Below are positions 43,605 through 56,800 of a DNA stretch of 61,758 bases, piece by piece (the stretch's first letter is position 1; every line of letters starts with the position of its first letter). The translations under genes and the position numbers were made by a program. The notes under the pieces were generated by a model. That model was given only the letters and a program-made list of their open reading frames with translations. It did not search any database and was not told the DNA's origin. Source of the DNA: a virus (taxonomy: Duplodnaviria; Caudoviricetes); IMG/VR virus record IMGVR_UViG_3300033145_001155, positions 1-61,758 of that record; one strand, 5' to 3'.

Positions 43605-45931
43605 TAGTTTGCTCCTTTCAATCTATCTGCCAACCACTTAGGTAGTTGTGGCTCATAAGCATCTCGTACCAGTTTAATTTCCTGTTTAGTTGGTAAGACT
43701 TTCCTATATAATGTGCCGGTAATGCTATCAAAATGTACATCAGCTTTTAGCTGTACACGGTCTACTTGCTTTTTAAGATAGACCTCTTTAAATCTGGGAA
43801 CTACTTTACCATCCTTGATCTGATACTCTACCAATTCAAGGACAGATGCGGGACTCGTATCGCCTGTTTCAAAATCAATAATAACTGCTTCGGGATCGTC
43901 TACTTCAACCTGCACGGTTTCAAACGCCTCAGATTGTGGTATTTCAACCTTAATAGTATTATCCTCAATCCATTCTTGGGTGTAGGATTCTCTTTGTCTC
44001 TCTTTCCATTCATTAATTGGTTTCTGTATTATTTGAGTAAATTTCACAAAAGTCTTATTTTTCCCAAAAACTTCCTTATATAGCTCCTGCGTTGCCAGAG
44101 CCATGGCTACCAGGTCGCCTTCAACAGACCATCCGACATACGGGTTAGAGGATTTGAACCCATGAGTCATTTTGATTTCTGGATTGTATGTCTCTGACAG
44201 GAAAGGTGGGTGACTGGTTAGTTGCGTCTTATTACCACTTTCATCTATGCCGTGCAATTCTACTGTACCACCCTCATCGGTGCCATAAATACCAGCAGTA
44301 TCTGTACCCACCCTAAGCCAGCCATCTCCACCAAGATCGCCAAAGAATAAGACCTTACCGCCATCAGACGGTTCAGCAGTCGATCCAATCCCAACATCTC
44401 CACTACCACAAATTGTCATAGCCGTTACAGCGTCATCTCCGACTTTAAAATTTATCTTCTGGTCAGCGGCAGTTACATTGTGGTCATACTCAATCCGACC
44501 TCTGGCGGTCCCGCCGGACTCAAATATGATCTCGCTATCTTGTAGTTCATCGGTATCAGAATTGAGTATCAGGTAGGCGTCTCCGGTTGTGGACTCGATT
44601 TCTATTGCAGTGTTGCCGGAGGTCTTTTTAGCATGGAAGATTTCATTAGGACTCGGTGTTCCCAGGCCGATATTGCCATCTGTTTGAATTGTCAAGAAAT
44701 TAGATCCGGCACTTGGATTTGAGCCACTTCCGATCTTAAACTTATCGGAATCGCTGTTATCAATTCCAATATAATATTCCGTTATCCCCAAAACAGATAA
44801 AACAAACCGTGGGTCACCAGAACTTGAGCCTCCTGTTGCAACAATGCTTCTTGCGGCACTTGCAGAATTTGTATTGTCAGTGTTTATAATCCTAAACGAC
44901 TCAAGCCCACCAGCAGTTGACCTTGCTGCCTCTAATAGATAATTTGGGCTTCCTCCGACCCCAAAATTAGCCCCCATCACACTAATATCGCCAGCAGCAT
45001 CAAAGACAATACGCTCGGCTCCAAAGAGTCCAATGTATTTGCCGTCAGCCATGAGGAGATTGTCGGAGAGTGTAATTCCTGTAAAGGTAGGTGAGTTACC
45101 TGTGCCAAGCCCAATAGCGGTTCTGGCAGTAGTATGATTAGCAAGGCCAAGAGAGTCACCTGTGAGAGTAAGTTCATCAGCATCAACAGCAAGGTTTGTA
45201 TCATCACTAATATCAAGTCCGCTTATCGTTGCGCTGGTATGATTATGGCTGTCATCGCCAACCACCGTGGCATCATAAGTCCCCGTGACATCTCCAACAA
45301 AAGCATCCTCAAGCTCGACATACTCATCATCATGTATTCCGCTGTCAACTGTGGGGCTGGCCCATGTATTGCCTAATTCCCCGCCAGGAGAAGCACCGCC
45401 ATCAAAATTTAATGTGCCAGTTGGTGAGTGTGTAATGGCATTACCACCGCTTAAGTTAATGTAATCATCTGCTTCCGGCACATCGTCATTCATATCATCA
45501 ACAACAAAATCAAAGGCGTTATTGACATCATCATAAGTAATCGTTATTCGAGTATGTACGGAATCGGCGTCTTTAATGAGTGCATTTACAAAATCGTCTA
45601 CCTCTTCTTGAGTTCGTTCGTCGTCAGTCCCGCCTATATTATGAAAATCATTTGTGCAGGCCCCTTGAACATCGGCAAGCGTTACATCATCGTCATTTAA
45701 CGCACCGTCATTATTAGTGAAAACATTAGTCACGTCACCAAGTAAGGCTTCGAGTTTGGCCTCAGTATCTATTTCCGTAGAGACAATGAAATTCAGCGTA
45801 GCGCATATCGCCTCAAACTCCGCCTCAGTATCTATATCCCCCTCAAGTAGTTCATCACCCGCAGCACCCCAAGCGCAAGTACACAGCACCAAGCTAAACA
45901 GCACCACTATCATTTGCATTATCTTACGCAT
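43604..45931 (-). CDS. Tail fibre-like protein with signal-peptide-like N-terminus
   Basis: DDSHNH motif, GNIGLGTPSP-type repeats; N-terminus MRKIMQMIVVLFSLVLCTCAWG. Confidence 0.65.
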   Translation of the reverse strand: MRKIMQMIVVLFSLVLCTCAWGAAGDELLEGDIDTEAEFEAICATLNFIVSTEIDTEAKLEALLGDVTNVFTNNDGALNDDDVTLADVQGACTNDFHNIGGTDDERTQEEVDDFVNALIKDADSVHTRITITYDDVNNAFDFVVDDMNDDVPEADDYINLSGGNAITHSPTGTLNFDGGASPGGELGNTWASPTVDSGIHDDEYVELEDAFVGDVTGTYDATVVGDDSHNHTSATISGLDISDDTNLAVDADELTLTGDSLGLANHTTARTAIGLGTGNSPTFTGITLSDNLLMADGKYIGLFGAERIVFDAAGDISVMGANFGVGGSPNYLLEAARSTAGGLESFRIINTDNTNSASAARSIVATGGSSSGDPRFVLSVLGITEYYIGIDNSDSDKFKIGSGSNPSAGSNFLTIQTDGNIGLGTPSPNEIFHAKKTSGNTAIEIESTTGDAYLILNSDTDELQDSEIIFESGGTARGRIEYDHNVTAADQKINFKVGDDAVTAMTICGSGDVGIGSTAEPSDGGKVLFFGDLGGDGWLRVGTDTAGIYGTDEGGTVELHGIDESGNKTQLTSHPPFLSETYNPEIKMTHGFKSSNPYVGWSVEGDLVAMALATQELYKEVFGKNKTFVKFTQIIQKPINEWKERQRESYTQEWIEDNTIKVEIPQSEAFETVQVEVDDPEAVIIDFETGDTSPASVLELVEYQIKDGKVVPRFKEVYLKKQVDRVQLKADVHFDSITGTLYRKVLPTKQEIKLVRDAYEPQLPKWLADRLKGAN

Positions 45932-46751
45932 AATTACTCCTCCATACTATGCAGACAGTACCGTCTAAACAAAATACGATTGCTCCATCATATTGGCTAT
46001 CAAGTTCAAAGTCCAGTCTGCATTTGATGTTTGTACCATCCTTAACAACAACCGTTTTGGCATCATCACTCGCCATTAGTATCACGAATTGCCCGGCAGC
46101 GAGACCCGTGATCTGTACCATGTCGTCTGTGGCAGCGCCATCATACGTAGCTATTTTATAGTAGCCAGGGCCGGATAGCGCTGCAACCCCAGCATCAGTT
46201 AGTGTTATTGTGACCGCTGCACCAAGATCCCCCCCAGCAGTGATATCATCGAGTGTGTCTAATGCCTTTTGTACAGTATCATCATTGGCGCTCAAGTGCC
46301 CGTTAAAATTAGCAGTATCGGTTGTGATAGCACTGGCAATATTTACACCGGCCTCGCCCTCCATCTTGGCAATGAAATCTTCCCGGTAGTAATCAATGAG
46401 TTTGTCGCTGGCACGGAGTTCGTACCAGTACCATATGTAAAAATCAATACCATCACGTGGTGCATGGCTAAGTGTGCAAAGGCTGGCGCTTGATATGCTT
46501 GATACCTGTACGCGATTGCGAATCAGCGGTAATAGTGAGTCCCATAGTGCACCACCATTGGTTTTGGTAGCATGTGCTGGCAGTGTTGTCTTTACGTGAT
46601 CCACTACCCAGCCGCCATATTCAAACGTACCATTACCGAGCGTGCCATCCAACTGGAAAGTAGTGTCTGAACCATCGCCGACGAATGACTCTCGCACCAC
46701 GAGGCGCGGGTACAGGTGCTGCACTATTTCCCATCCGCCTATGATCTCCAC
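45924..46751 (-). CDS. Putative tail-associated structural protein
   Basis: FVGDGSDTTF and LSANDDTVQKALDTLD fibre-type motifs. Confidence 0.55.
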   Translation of the reverse strand: MEIIGGWEIVQHLYPRLVVRESFVGDGSDTTFQLDGTLGNGTFEYGGWVVDHVKTTLPAHATKTNGGALWDSLLPLIRNRVQVSSISSASLCTLSHAPRDGIDFYIWYWYELRASDKLIDYYREDFIAKMEGEAGVNIASAITTDTANFNGHLSANDDTVQKALDTLDDITAGGDLGAAVTITLTDAGVAALSGPGYYKIATYDGAATDDMVQITGLAAGQFVILMASDDAKTVVVKDGTNIKCRLDFELDSQYDGAIVFCLDGTVCIVWRSNYA

Positions 46752-46772
46752 GAGATTATCCTTGTTTACAGT

Positions 46773-47195
46773 TTACAGGTTGTCCACTAAGCTAATCAGT
46801 ACCCATGTAGTCCCCGTCCATAGTAAGGTAGCATTCTCGCCCACCTTATCGAACACTATGGCGGCACAGTTAGTGCAAGTTGTATCTGTGACAGCTACAG
46901 TGCAAGTATCATCGGAGTCGATATCGGCAGTAGCGATCAGCACAACTTGCTGACCTGGTATTGTACCATTCTGCAAGTCCACAGATTCGTTGGTGCTGTC
47001 ATTATCGCCATCGAGTAATAATACAGGTACCAGTATGGTAGGCAAGTTGCCAGACGCAGTATAAGCATGCGTGCGCGGGACTGTTACAGCCGGGATGTCT
47101 ATACCCCCGAGAAGGTCCATGCTGTACACCAATGTACCCATAGTTGCAATCGTGAGAAATATGGCCGCACTCCATATTAGGATTTGTTTTCGCAT
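46773..47195 (-). CDS. Beta-rich protein with signal-peptide-like N-terminus
   Basis: MRKQILIWSAAIFLTIATMGTLVYS; L.NG...GQ and LLWTGTTW fibre-tip pattern. Confidence 0.6.
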   Translation of the reverse strand: MRKQILIWSAAIFLTIATMGTLVYSMDLLGGIDIPAVTVPRTHAYTASGNLPTILVPVLLLDGDNDSTNESVDLQNGTIPGQQVVLIATADIDSDDTCTVAVTDTTCTNCAAIVFDKVGENATLLWTGTTWVLISLVDNL

Positions 47196-47782
47196 TATGC
47201 TAACCTCCGTAGTTTAATAGTGAGACCAAACGTGCGAGCATCGCTGTTGGCGTACGTGGCAACAATGAGATCATCTGCCGCACACCGGATCGGCGTATCA
47301 AAGCTATATACTGCATCCGGTGGGTCAATGCCATTAAGGTCTCGGTTATAATATACCTCATCGAATGCAGCGCCTTTGGCTGCATCCTTTTGAACCTTGA
47401 GGTACTCAGCGGTGGCGCTGGCAGCAGACAAGTGCAATTCAAACCCGATGAACTCAAAGGGCTCATCCAGTGTTGCCACACAGCGAATGGTCTCGGTGCC
47501 TTCTGGCGTGCCTGCCGCATAGGTGCCAGGCTTCAACCGGACATCGAACGTATTGGTGCCCACGGCATTAATGAGTTTGAGGCCATTCAGGTACTCTAAC
47601 GGCGCAATAAACCCCGATAGGTATACTAGGCTACCGGCTAAGTAGCCATGGCCAGTACACTCCAACTGCACTGTATCGAAGTCGGAGCCCTCTGTAACCA
47701 CCTCAGCGATTGCAGTGGCTATAATGGTGTTGCTTAACACCGCTGCTCCCTTAAATTCAAATACGTCTGCTTTAGTTCCCAT
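47195..47782 (-). CDS. Structural protein with four-strand beta (FCCH-like) domain
   Basis: HGYLAGSLVYLSG...LNG...I....NTF pattern. Confidence 0.55.
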   Translation of the reverse strand: MGTKADVFEFKGAAVLSNTIIATAIAEVVTEGSDFDTVQLECTGHGYLAGSLVYLSGFIAPLEYLNGLKLINAVGTNTFDVRLKPGTYAAGTPEGTETIRCVATLDEPFEFIGFELHLSAASATAEYLKVQKDAAKGAAFDEVYYNRDLNGIDPPDAVYSFDTPIRCAADDLIVATYANSDARTFGLTIKLRRLA

Positions 47783-47805
47783 ACCGTCACCCCTCTTTGC
47801 CTAGA

Positions 47806-50800
47806 TTAGCGTTTACCTCTACCCCTCATTCTACCATACGCGCCCCGTAGAGTCAAGCCCCGTCTTTGTTCACCCTCACGTCCGCGCTCACCCTTCCACG
47901 TTTCTGCCGTCCGGGCCGCGTGTTCCCGCAGTACTTTAGGCGTACCCGCGCCCGGCTCTCTTTCCCTGTACTCCACCGCCTTATCTATATCTATCATTTG
48001 ATGCGGTTTAGCTCGCATGTGCCACTCTGCCATTTCCCTGTTCACATCAACCATACCCTGTATGTCGCCCCTACGCTTAGCGTTAACGTATCGGTCAGCC
48101 CAGGCCCTCTTCTTAGCCCCCAAAGCTTCCTGCGTCTTACGTGTGGCTTTATATGCTTTATACAAGGAAGAAACGGACGTGGGTTGAAAACCGAACACAC
48201 CCTTACGTATCGCCTCAAAGAAGTTAATGCGATTAGGGCCAGGTTCTCCATAATAGTTAATGTCCATACCGGAACGCGAACGCTGCCCCGTTGTGTACAG
48301 CTCCAACCCACGCATAGCGTTGCGTACCGCAATAGGTGTTATAGGCGTTTCCGATAAGGCACGTGCGGTTGCCCCACTACGGAAGCTATCTCGCATATTT
48401 ATCGTGTCTTCATACACGCTGTAAGGTACACCAATAACTTCCTTCCAGTTACGCGGCACCTCAATACTCATTGAACCCGTCATATCTATACCGGTGCCGC
48501 CAAATAGGCCATATACCACTACATCCTTTAGCCAGTCATTCGGCATAGCCGCGCGTATGCGGGTCAGTAGGTCTTCATCATCGTCCTCAATGATGTAGGA
48601 TAGCAGTAGCGACAGAGAACCGAAAAATGGTGTAGACCGCAACCCACCCATAAGTATTAGGTTGCGCATTGCGCGCCCAAATGCCATCTTACCTTCCCAC
48701 CCCTGGTGTATCAACAAACTCCACATACAATGTAGGTAGTTGTGCGTAAAGGAACGGAACGTATAGCCCGCGCGCATATATTTCTGCAGGTCCCCTCCAC
48801 GGAACGCAGTGGGCATATTCGCCATTCCATATAGAAAATGTGTGTCGTATATAATGTCCTTAGCAAATTTTAGTGACGCACCGTAATCACCACGCGTATT
48901 GTTACCGTCCGGAGCTATTACGCCCTCGTTATAAGCCACACGGAAGGCGCATAGGCCGGTGCTGGTGCGGTTAAACTTTTCCGCTATGCGCATGAATATA
49001 CCACTCTTAGTAACAAACTTCTTTAGGTACTTGGTCCACCCTATACCAGGCATATTACCAGTTAGCTCACGAAGGAACAAGTCTGCAGTAGACCCGGCCT
49101 CATGCATATCCTTAATAGCACGCTGGTCTATAGCAGGCAAATGTTCATATATAACCTCCTTACCTGCCCAGGCTTTCTCTGCCGTTAACCCTTGGCGTAC
49201 ATCGTGCATGGCCTTGGTTAACTTCACGTGAGAGAACTTGGTATAAACGGACAGTACCGGTGCGGCAACTATGACGTTCTGCGTTAGGTTTAACACACCA
49301 GTCTTAATAACAAACCCAAGGTACTTGGCAAAAAATAGGCCGCGTAGAGTATCTACCACCCTATCCGTCTTGGTCTGGTTTGCCAGCATATCCGTTGTGT
49401 ACTTGTCTAAGTGCCTATACTCCTGTGGGTTCTTGGCCGCATTAATTTTATGTAACGTAGCCGAATGACGTTTGGCCCTCTCTATTTTCGTCTTGAAGCC
49501 AACATATCCGCTAAGGTAGTCGTACGTTATACCCCATATGTCATCCGTTTCATGTCCCGGTATATTCTTGCTTGCTATGGCGTGACGCGCCCAGCCAGGT
49601 GAACGCAATACTTCGGTAAAGGCGTGGGTTAAGGCGCGCTCCATACGGTTAGCCAGCATGGTCTGGGCCTTGGCCAGCGGTATACCTTTCTCCGCCGCAT
49701 ATGCCTTTGCGTCTTCCACAGTAACTTTAGCCCCAGCAGCGGCGGCAATTTGCTGCATGGCCTCCCTTGGTATCTGGAAAAAGACCTCGATGGGCAACTC
49801 CTTAACTTCGTCCTGTTGTAGGTCGTAGTCAGCAAAGGCACCAGGTAAATCCCCAGAGGTAATTTGGTCCGCCAACCAACGCTGGGCAGTCTGTTTGGCT
49901 TTACCCTTAACAGGGCGCAACATGTCCACTTTACTGTTGTAGTGCGTACGGTAGACTACATCGCCCTCTTTGTTGATTAGCTGCACATAGGCATCACCGG
50001 TACGGCGATGGGGGAAATAGTTGGGTGTACGGCCTATAAGCTCCATATACTTGTCTATTTCTTCCTTGTTGACCTTGTTGGACTTCATCATAGCACGTAT
50101 GTCAAGCAAGGTGTTGTCATATGTACGACGCAAAGTTAAAAAGGCGTCAACGGCAGGTTGTGTTGCCCCCTCCTTAAGCAGGAAGGCCTCTGTCTCTTTA
50201 TAGTGTTGCTCGCTTGGGCCAGTGGTGCCGTCAGCTAAACGGACGGACCAGCCGGTGGGTACGGCTTCCTTGGGAAAGGCAACGCGATCCCACTTCCAAA
50301 TTAAAGCGGCTACTTCCTTGTTAAGGCGTTTGTTGGACGACACAGCCTGTTGGGTATCAGCCAGGCCCAGCGGCCCATCATATAGGTCAAATAGTTCCTT
50401 GGCGCGGGCTTCCTGTGCCCATACTTCCGTCGCCTCCGCTTCACGCATGGAAGCAAAACGCTTGCTGAGCCAATGTGGCATACCGAAGGCGCGATGATAC
50501 CAGCGCATGTCAGTACGAGCGAACCCACGGCCAAAACGTTCCTGTGCCCAGGTAAACAGGGCGTTAGACTCCTTGGTAGAAGGCATGGCGTGCGGGTTAC
50601 GGGCGTAGCGTGACCATGCGGCGCGGTACTGCTGAGCGTCCGGGGTTTGAGTGTGAGCGGACATACCCCTGGCAAGGTCGAGCGCAAACTGGGTCTGTCC
50701 GTCGAAGAGGATTGCGTCACGCATGGTGGGGGTAATGGGCACAGACCAGACCTTCTCGTAAAACGTTTCTTTTTTAACAACAACTTTATACTCTCCCTGC

Positions 50801-53800
50801 GGTATATCCTGCGCACCCTCTTCATACACCCACAGTGTCCCCTCGCGTGCTTGTCGCACAGTGTCTTCTGCAGACTCCAGCGTAGAGGTGCGTTCTACTT
50901 CCCTACCCCAGCGGTCTACCACTGCATACTCACCCACAAATGTTGGTATCTGTACTTCCTCTATCCCCCCACCCCACTGCTTGACATACTTACCCGCGAA
51001 CGAGGGTAGCAGCTTGTCATAGAAGAACTTCATACCCTGTCCACCTACGGTCAGGTCCTCACCACTTACCACACCCTGTTGCTGACTACTTTCAGCAATA
51101 GACCGGGCAATGTCCTCACCGACCACACCGACCAAGGTGGTAGTATAGCCCTGTACCATGGTTTCACCCTTAAGGGGTATAACAGCGTCAAGGACCGGTA
51201 CGGCAGGCGCGACATCCTCAGCGCGGCTGTAGGCAAGAATACGTACCGCCGCTCCCTTTATAGCTGTCTCTGGTTCAGTCAGTCGGCCATATTCAGATAC
51301 CTCTTCTGCCGTCATTTCAGACTTAATAGTATCAACCCACGCGTCAAATGACATTACAAAATCCTCTGGGCTATCCCCCTTCAAGCGCTTACGTGCCACA
51401 CCTACCTCATCCGGTTTGTATTTCTCTACCATTTTCAACAAAAATTCGTCAGCAGACAGACCCGAATCTGTTACTGCCACCTTGCTCCACTTTATATGGT
51501 GCACCACTTGCCTTAGCGCCATCTTGTACCGCCCTACCTGGGTGACCCCTTTAGTCCATCCCAGACTTTCGAACCCGTACTCCGCTGCCCAGCGTAACAT
51601 GCGCTTAAATGCTACCTCAGGCCAAATACCAACGTCACGTATAATAACGGGTTTGCCCTCTTTGTCACGCTTGACACGTTCCTTGGTAGGACCAAACGGG
51701 GCAAGGGGAACTCCGGGAAAAAGCTGCCCAGACCCCTCCTCAGCCAAATTACCAAGCGTGTTTAGTTTCCTGTTCTCCTCTATCGTTACGACGTTCCACA
51801 AATCTGCCTTCTGTGTTAAATCGTATTTCCCAAGTAGCGTGGTAACATATTCGTTCAATTCCTTCCTGTGCGCCTTTGCTTTCTCCTCAATAGCCGCGTC
51901 CCTGAATCCCACTCGTTTGGCGTCCTGTAGCCAGTCTGACTGAATTTCCTCCACAAACAGCATGCGCTTGCCATCAGCACTAACCCGTTCGTTGAACCGC
52001 ATGTGCACCAGAACGTCTTCCGTTGAACCCCAATGCGCCGAGAAGTAGAGTTTGCCACCCTCTTTACGCGGGTAAACCAAAAGTAACTCGCGATACTTCT
52101 CACCCATGGGCAGTACCAATCGGCCATGGCGCGTAGGTGGAACGAAGGGCACAGTGGGTAACATTCCCGCCTCCATAGCTTGTGCCGCTTGTTGCGCCTC
52201 AGCCAATGTGTTATACCTCTCTCTCTCTACCCTTGCGGCACCTTCTTCTATAGTACTGGATAACACAAATGCACTGTCTATTTGTTCTATATCCCACATA
52301 AAGTTATCACTTATAGCACCCCACATAGGAAGGGCCGGAGTTTCCTGTCGCCACTCTAAGATGACTGGTTGCGCCAATACCCTCTGCCCACGCACCCTTT
52401 GCTCAGGGCTTAACACCGGCTCAGGGCTTAACACCGGGTCTAACCCCATACGCCCTAACACGTCCGCATATAGTGTGTCGTCGCTCCACAGAAGAGCAAT
52501 ATTCTCATCACGTATATCGTTTGCTGACTGCTCAGCCTCGGCCTCCGTCAGGTCATCCATGGTAGCCATTTCATTAGACAAGCCATCCATGACGTAGTAA
52601 CCACCCCCTTCCGCCATCTCGTCTCGATCTACCTTTGCCATAACCTGCCATAGGTCGCTGTTGCGCACGTCCTCCATATGGGTGCCAGTAGCGACATACA
52701 TTTCGGGGCGCTCGTCTATAGCACGCAACTTGGCTACCGTCTCGATACCATCCTCGTAGTAACGACCTGTTGCATGGTCAACATTTACTTCTTCCCCAGC
52801 TCTCCGGATGCGTTCTGCATGACTTTCTTCCAACGCTTCAACATCGTCAACAGTGTACTGTACAGGTGCGGGTAGGGCTTGGGCTGGCGCTTGCTGAACC
52901 GGAATCGTTCTATCCCACGGCAGCTCCATTACCGCGTCTATTCCCGCCCTATCCTCTGCAGCCCCTCTGGCTTCGTCAGCACTACCGTATACCGTGGTTC
53001 CACCTGTAGGTTCCGCATCACCTACTGTTTCGTACAAACGCCACCCACCATTATAACGTACTTCATATTGTGTTTGGCCTACACGTGTAGTGTGTATACC
53101 GAGTTGGGCAGGTACGGGTGCGATGGGTTGCCCCGCTTCAACGTCGTCCTCTGTATAAGTCTGTGGCGCACCTACCTGTGGCGCGATAACGCCAAGATCG
53201 ACTGCAAGATCAGTTAATTCATCCATTTCCAGTTCGTCTACATTAGCCATACTCTCTGTTGCAAGAACTGCGTCTTCTCGATTATCATACTCAAGTGTGT
53301 TGTCTGATCGTTCATCATACACTACCCACTGCTCTGCGTCATTACGACTAATAGTACCAATCAGCCGTAATTCCAGCGCTTCCGACACTTGTTCCCGCAA
53401 TTGCGGCATATCAAATGCAGGTGCAGGCAATGGTGTAAGTTGAGCAGATGTAGACATGCTAGGTGGTGGGCCATACTGTATTTCCTTTAATTCAACTTGG
53501 TTCGCCCTTATCCACTCCACAAACTCCTCTTTGTTTATTTTCCCGTCTTTACCTGTGTTCTCCTTCACCCACTGCTCGACCCCTAACCACTTTAGCTCAG
53601 CAGGTTTGACGTGTTTACCTAACCACTTTACCAAAGACTGTGGCTTACGCGGCATATCTGTCGCTTCCTCTACCACGTGCAACAGTTGGCTGTACGCCCA
53701 AGGCACAGGTTTACTTTCCGTTGCCAACTGCAGGCTTGGTTGCGCTAATGCCGCCGCGCCCAGGTCCTTACGTGGCGCAAACTTACCAGCGTACAGGTCG

Positions 53801-56800
53801 GCAAACAGGTCCTCAGGTCGGTTGTACCCCTTACTCCTTAACCAATTAGCCACGCGCTGTAATGTAGCGCGTATCTGCCCAAACAGCTTACGTACCCAAT
53901 TCGGCTGCAGCCTTGCTGTCTGTGCCCCGGCTACATAATCTGCGTAGGCCCACGCTGCAGCTTCCTTGTTCTTGTAGTGTTTCATCAGCCGCGTAATACG
54001 TTCCTGTGATATTAGCCATGGTAGCGCCAGCTCAAACGCTTCATGGCGCGCGGTGCGTCGCATAGTTGCTCTGTCTTGTATAGCGGCCAACTCCACCAAC
54101 GCCCGCCAGCGGTTTATGGTAGTAGCACCCAACGGTACTGCCTCCTCAATAGCTTCACGCGGCAGATCATAACTGGCCATGGCCGCCAGTTTATCGTGCT
54201 CCGTCATGTTAATCCAGTCGGTAATTTCCACTTCCACGTCGGCCATAAGCTCCGGGGGTAGCGTTTCGGCTAACACGTCACGCATTTCAACTAACAACGC
54301 GCCGTTAAATTCCGCCTGTGTTTGGGCCGTGGTAAAGGGTAGGCCACCTTCACGTGGCCCCAACCCCATCTGCTTATGCTTACTAAATGCCGCCGCAACC
54401 ATGCGCACTACTTCCTGTATGTCAACGTCCGGCGTATTAACATCCGGTAATCTGTATGCCGCTATGGCGTCGCCGTGAGGCACACTTACGTCAAGTATAA
54501 GGTTGTTACGCTTTTCCAGCTCTGGGGCTAATATGGCTTGTTGCTCAGGTGTAGGCACACCTATTACGTCTATCAGCACTTGATTAGGGGCAACACTTAT
54601 ACGCGCCGCACCGGTTTCACTAAGAAACTTGTATACCCCCTCATATGCACCTTCCTGTACGTCCATATTAAGGGCGATGGGTATGTCCACATGCACCTTG
54701 CTTGGCCTGTGCCGAGAGCTGTAAAAATCGATCATCGTGCCGTCGAGCATGATCAGACCGGCCTCTTCTATATTATCCGTAGTACCCCAGAGGTCCGCGA
54801 GCTGCGCGGCCCAGCGTTGGCCCTGCTCCGTCGGCTGCACGTACGTCTGTTCAGCCTCGGCCTGAAAAAATGATGCCGTGTACTGAGTTAACAAATCGCG
54901 CGTTTGAGTGCGTGCGGAAAGTAGCGGTGTACCGTCAAGCCGCAGACGTCGCATAATGCGCGCGCCGACCTTGGCCGGATGTAACCAGTCGCGGTATGTG
55001 TCGCGCCCTTGCTCAGTAAAAACGGTACGCAAGGTAGGGGTGACGTCCTCCCCCACCTGTACCGCATCTAACAAGTCACCCATGGTGATGTCAGGGGTAA
55101 GGAGTGTGTCAGAGGAAATGCCGCCTGCGGCTAAAGCAAACTGTTTGTGGGAAACAATTTGCACTTGGGTCGGGTCGAACACGGCGTAATTAAACTTGCC
55201 GGATACAGCATTCTTGCTCCCAAAGACCCCTACAGGGACCTTCATACCATCTATACCTATACGGGAGAGAAACTTAGAAGCCATATGTTCGCGTTCTGGG
55301 CCTGTAAACTTGTCCCCCATCGATGCGCTCAACGAATTATAAACATCTACGCCAACATGTTTGGCCTCTGGATTAGGGACCAAGTTAGATATCTTCAACT
55401 TTAGTAAAAGATTCTCCTTTTTAGCCTGTCCCTTAATCCTGTCTAATAGACTGTTCGGCACTGGTTTATCCCACTCCAGCCATGTCATATCTTTTGGGTC
55501 CTTACGCAATCTCACCTTGTATACGTTGCGAACAGGTTTTATTCCTATCTCAGAGGACGGAATGTCAAGCTCGAAAAGCATTAGCTGATCTGTCTTGCCA
55601 TCTTTCCTAAAGGATGCCAGCCTATCCGAACTCCACCAGGCAATATTATAATAATCCCTTTCCTTCTTCCGTTTTGTAATAGCATTTAATAACTTATCGG
55701 CTACAGCATTTCTCTCTCCGGGCGCAACTACTTTTGGTGTTCCACCGTACTCCGCATAAAATTTGCCAACACCTTCCTCCTCACTAATATACACACCCCA
55801 ACCAGCACCTAAACCTTGGCCTGTACCAATCATTTCGTCAGTAAAGTGGGTAAACGGTGCACCCGCCTTGGTTTGGCCGTGCCATAGTGCGAACTGCCTA
55901 CCCGGCTTTTGTATAGCGGTGCCTACCCAGCCCTCAGCTGCGCGCGCTGGCCTGTGCGTACCCATCTTACCTGCCGCTTTAATAGCGCGGCGCGCCCACG
56001 CTTCCGTCTTAAACGGTTTACCCGCCTTGTTTAGCACGTCTGGCAGACCTATACCCTCTGCCTTAAGACGGGCCAAATTTTCCGCTGCGGTTAGGGGTCC
56101 GCGTTTGGACGCACCCTCCGCACGTACACCCTTGGGTAAAAACGTTGGGCGTGGGCCAGGTGGTCTAACACCTAACTTTGCCGCCGTAGGTGGGCGTGTT
56201 GGCCCCTTCACTTGCCTGGCAGGTTCCGGCTTGAGCAGTTCGGGCATTGCCTGCTTGTATACCAGCGCATACTTTTGTATGGCGCGTTTAACTTCCAACC
56301 CACGCCTGCCCGTTCCGCCAACCAAACCCTCAAACTCCTTGGGTGTTAGTGGCGTAGGTACTTTACCCGCCTGTACTTGGGTTATGTATTCCTTAGCGCG
56401 CTTACCGCCTGCTACCCTCTGCTCTTCCGTAAATTTGGCCTGTTTGGCCTTGGTGAGCATAGCGGCACGTGCCTTACCTTTAGCAGCGGTATATGCAAAC
56501 GGGTCTACCACAAGAAAGAGGCCCTCACCGCGCTTGATGCGTATGGGCGGCACCTTACGTTCTTCTTCCCGCACCCGGCGCGCCTCAGCCAATGCACCAG
56601 GGCCTACAGGGCGTTTAGCACGAATGAGCTTACGCTTGAGCTTAACCTTACCTATGTCGGCCAACTTAGCGCGTGGGTCATAAGTTACCAACGCATCACG
56701 CGTCTTTGCGGCCATGTCTAACTTAAGCCCCGCTGCTTCTAACGCAGACTGTAGTAGTGCTGAGTCTTGCTGGCCTAAAGCACGCTCCTTTACTTGCTCA

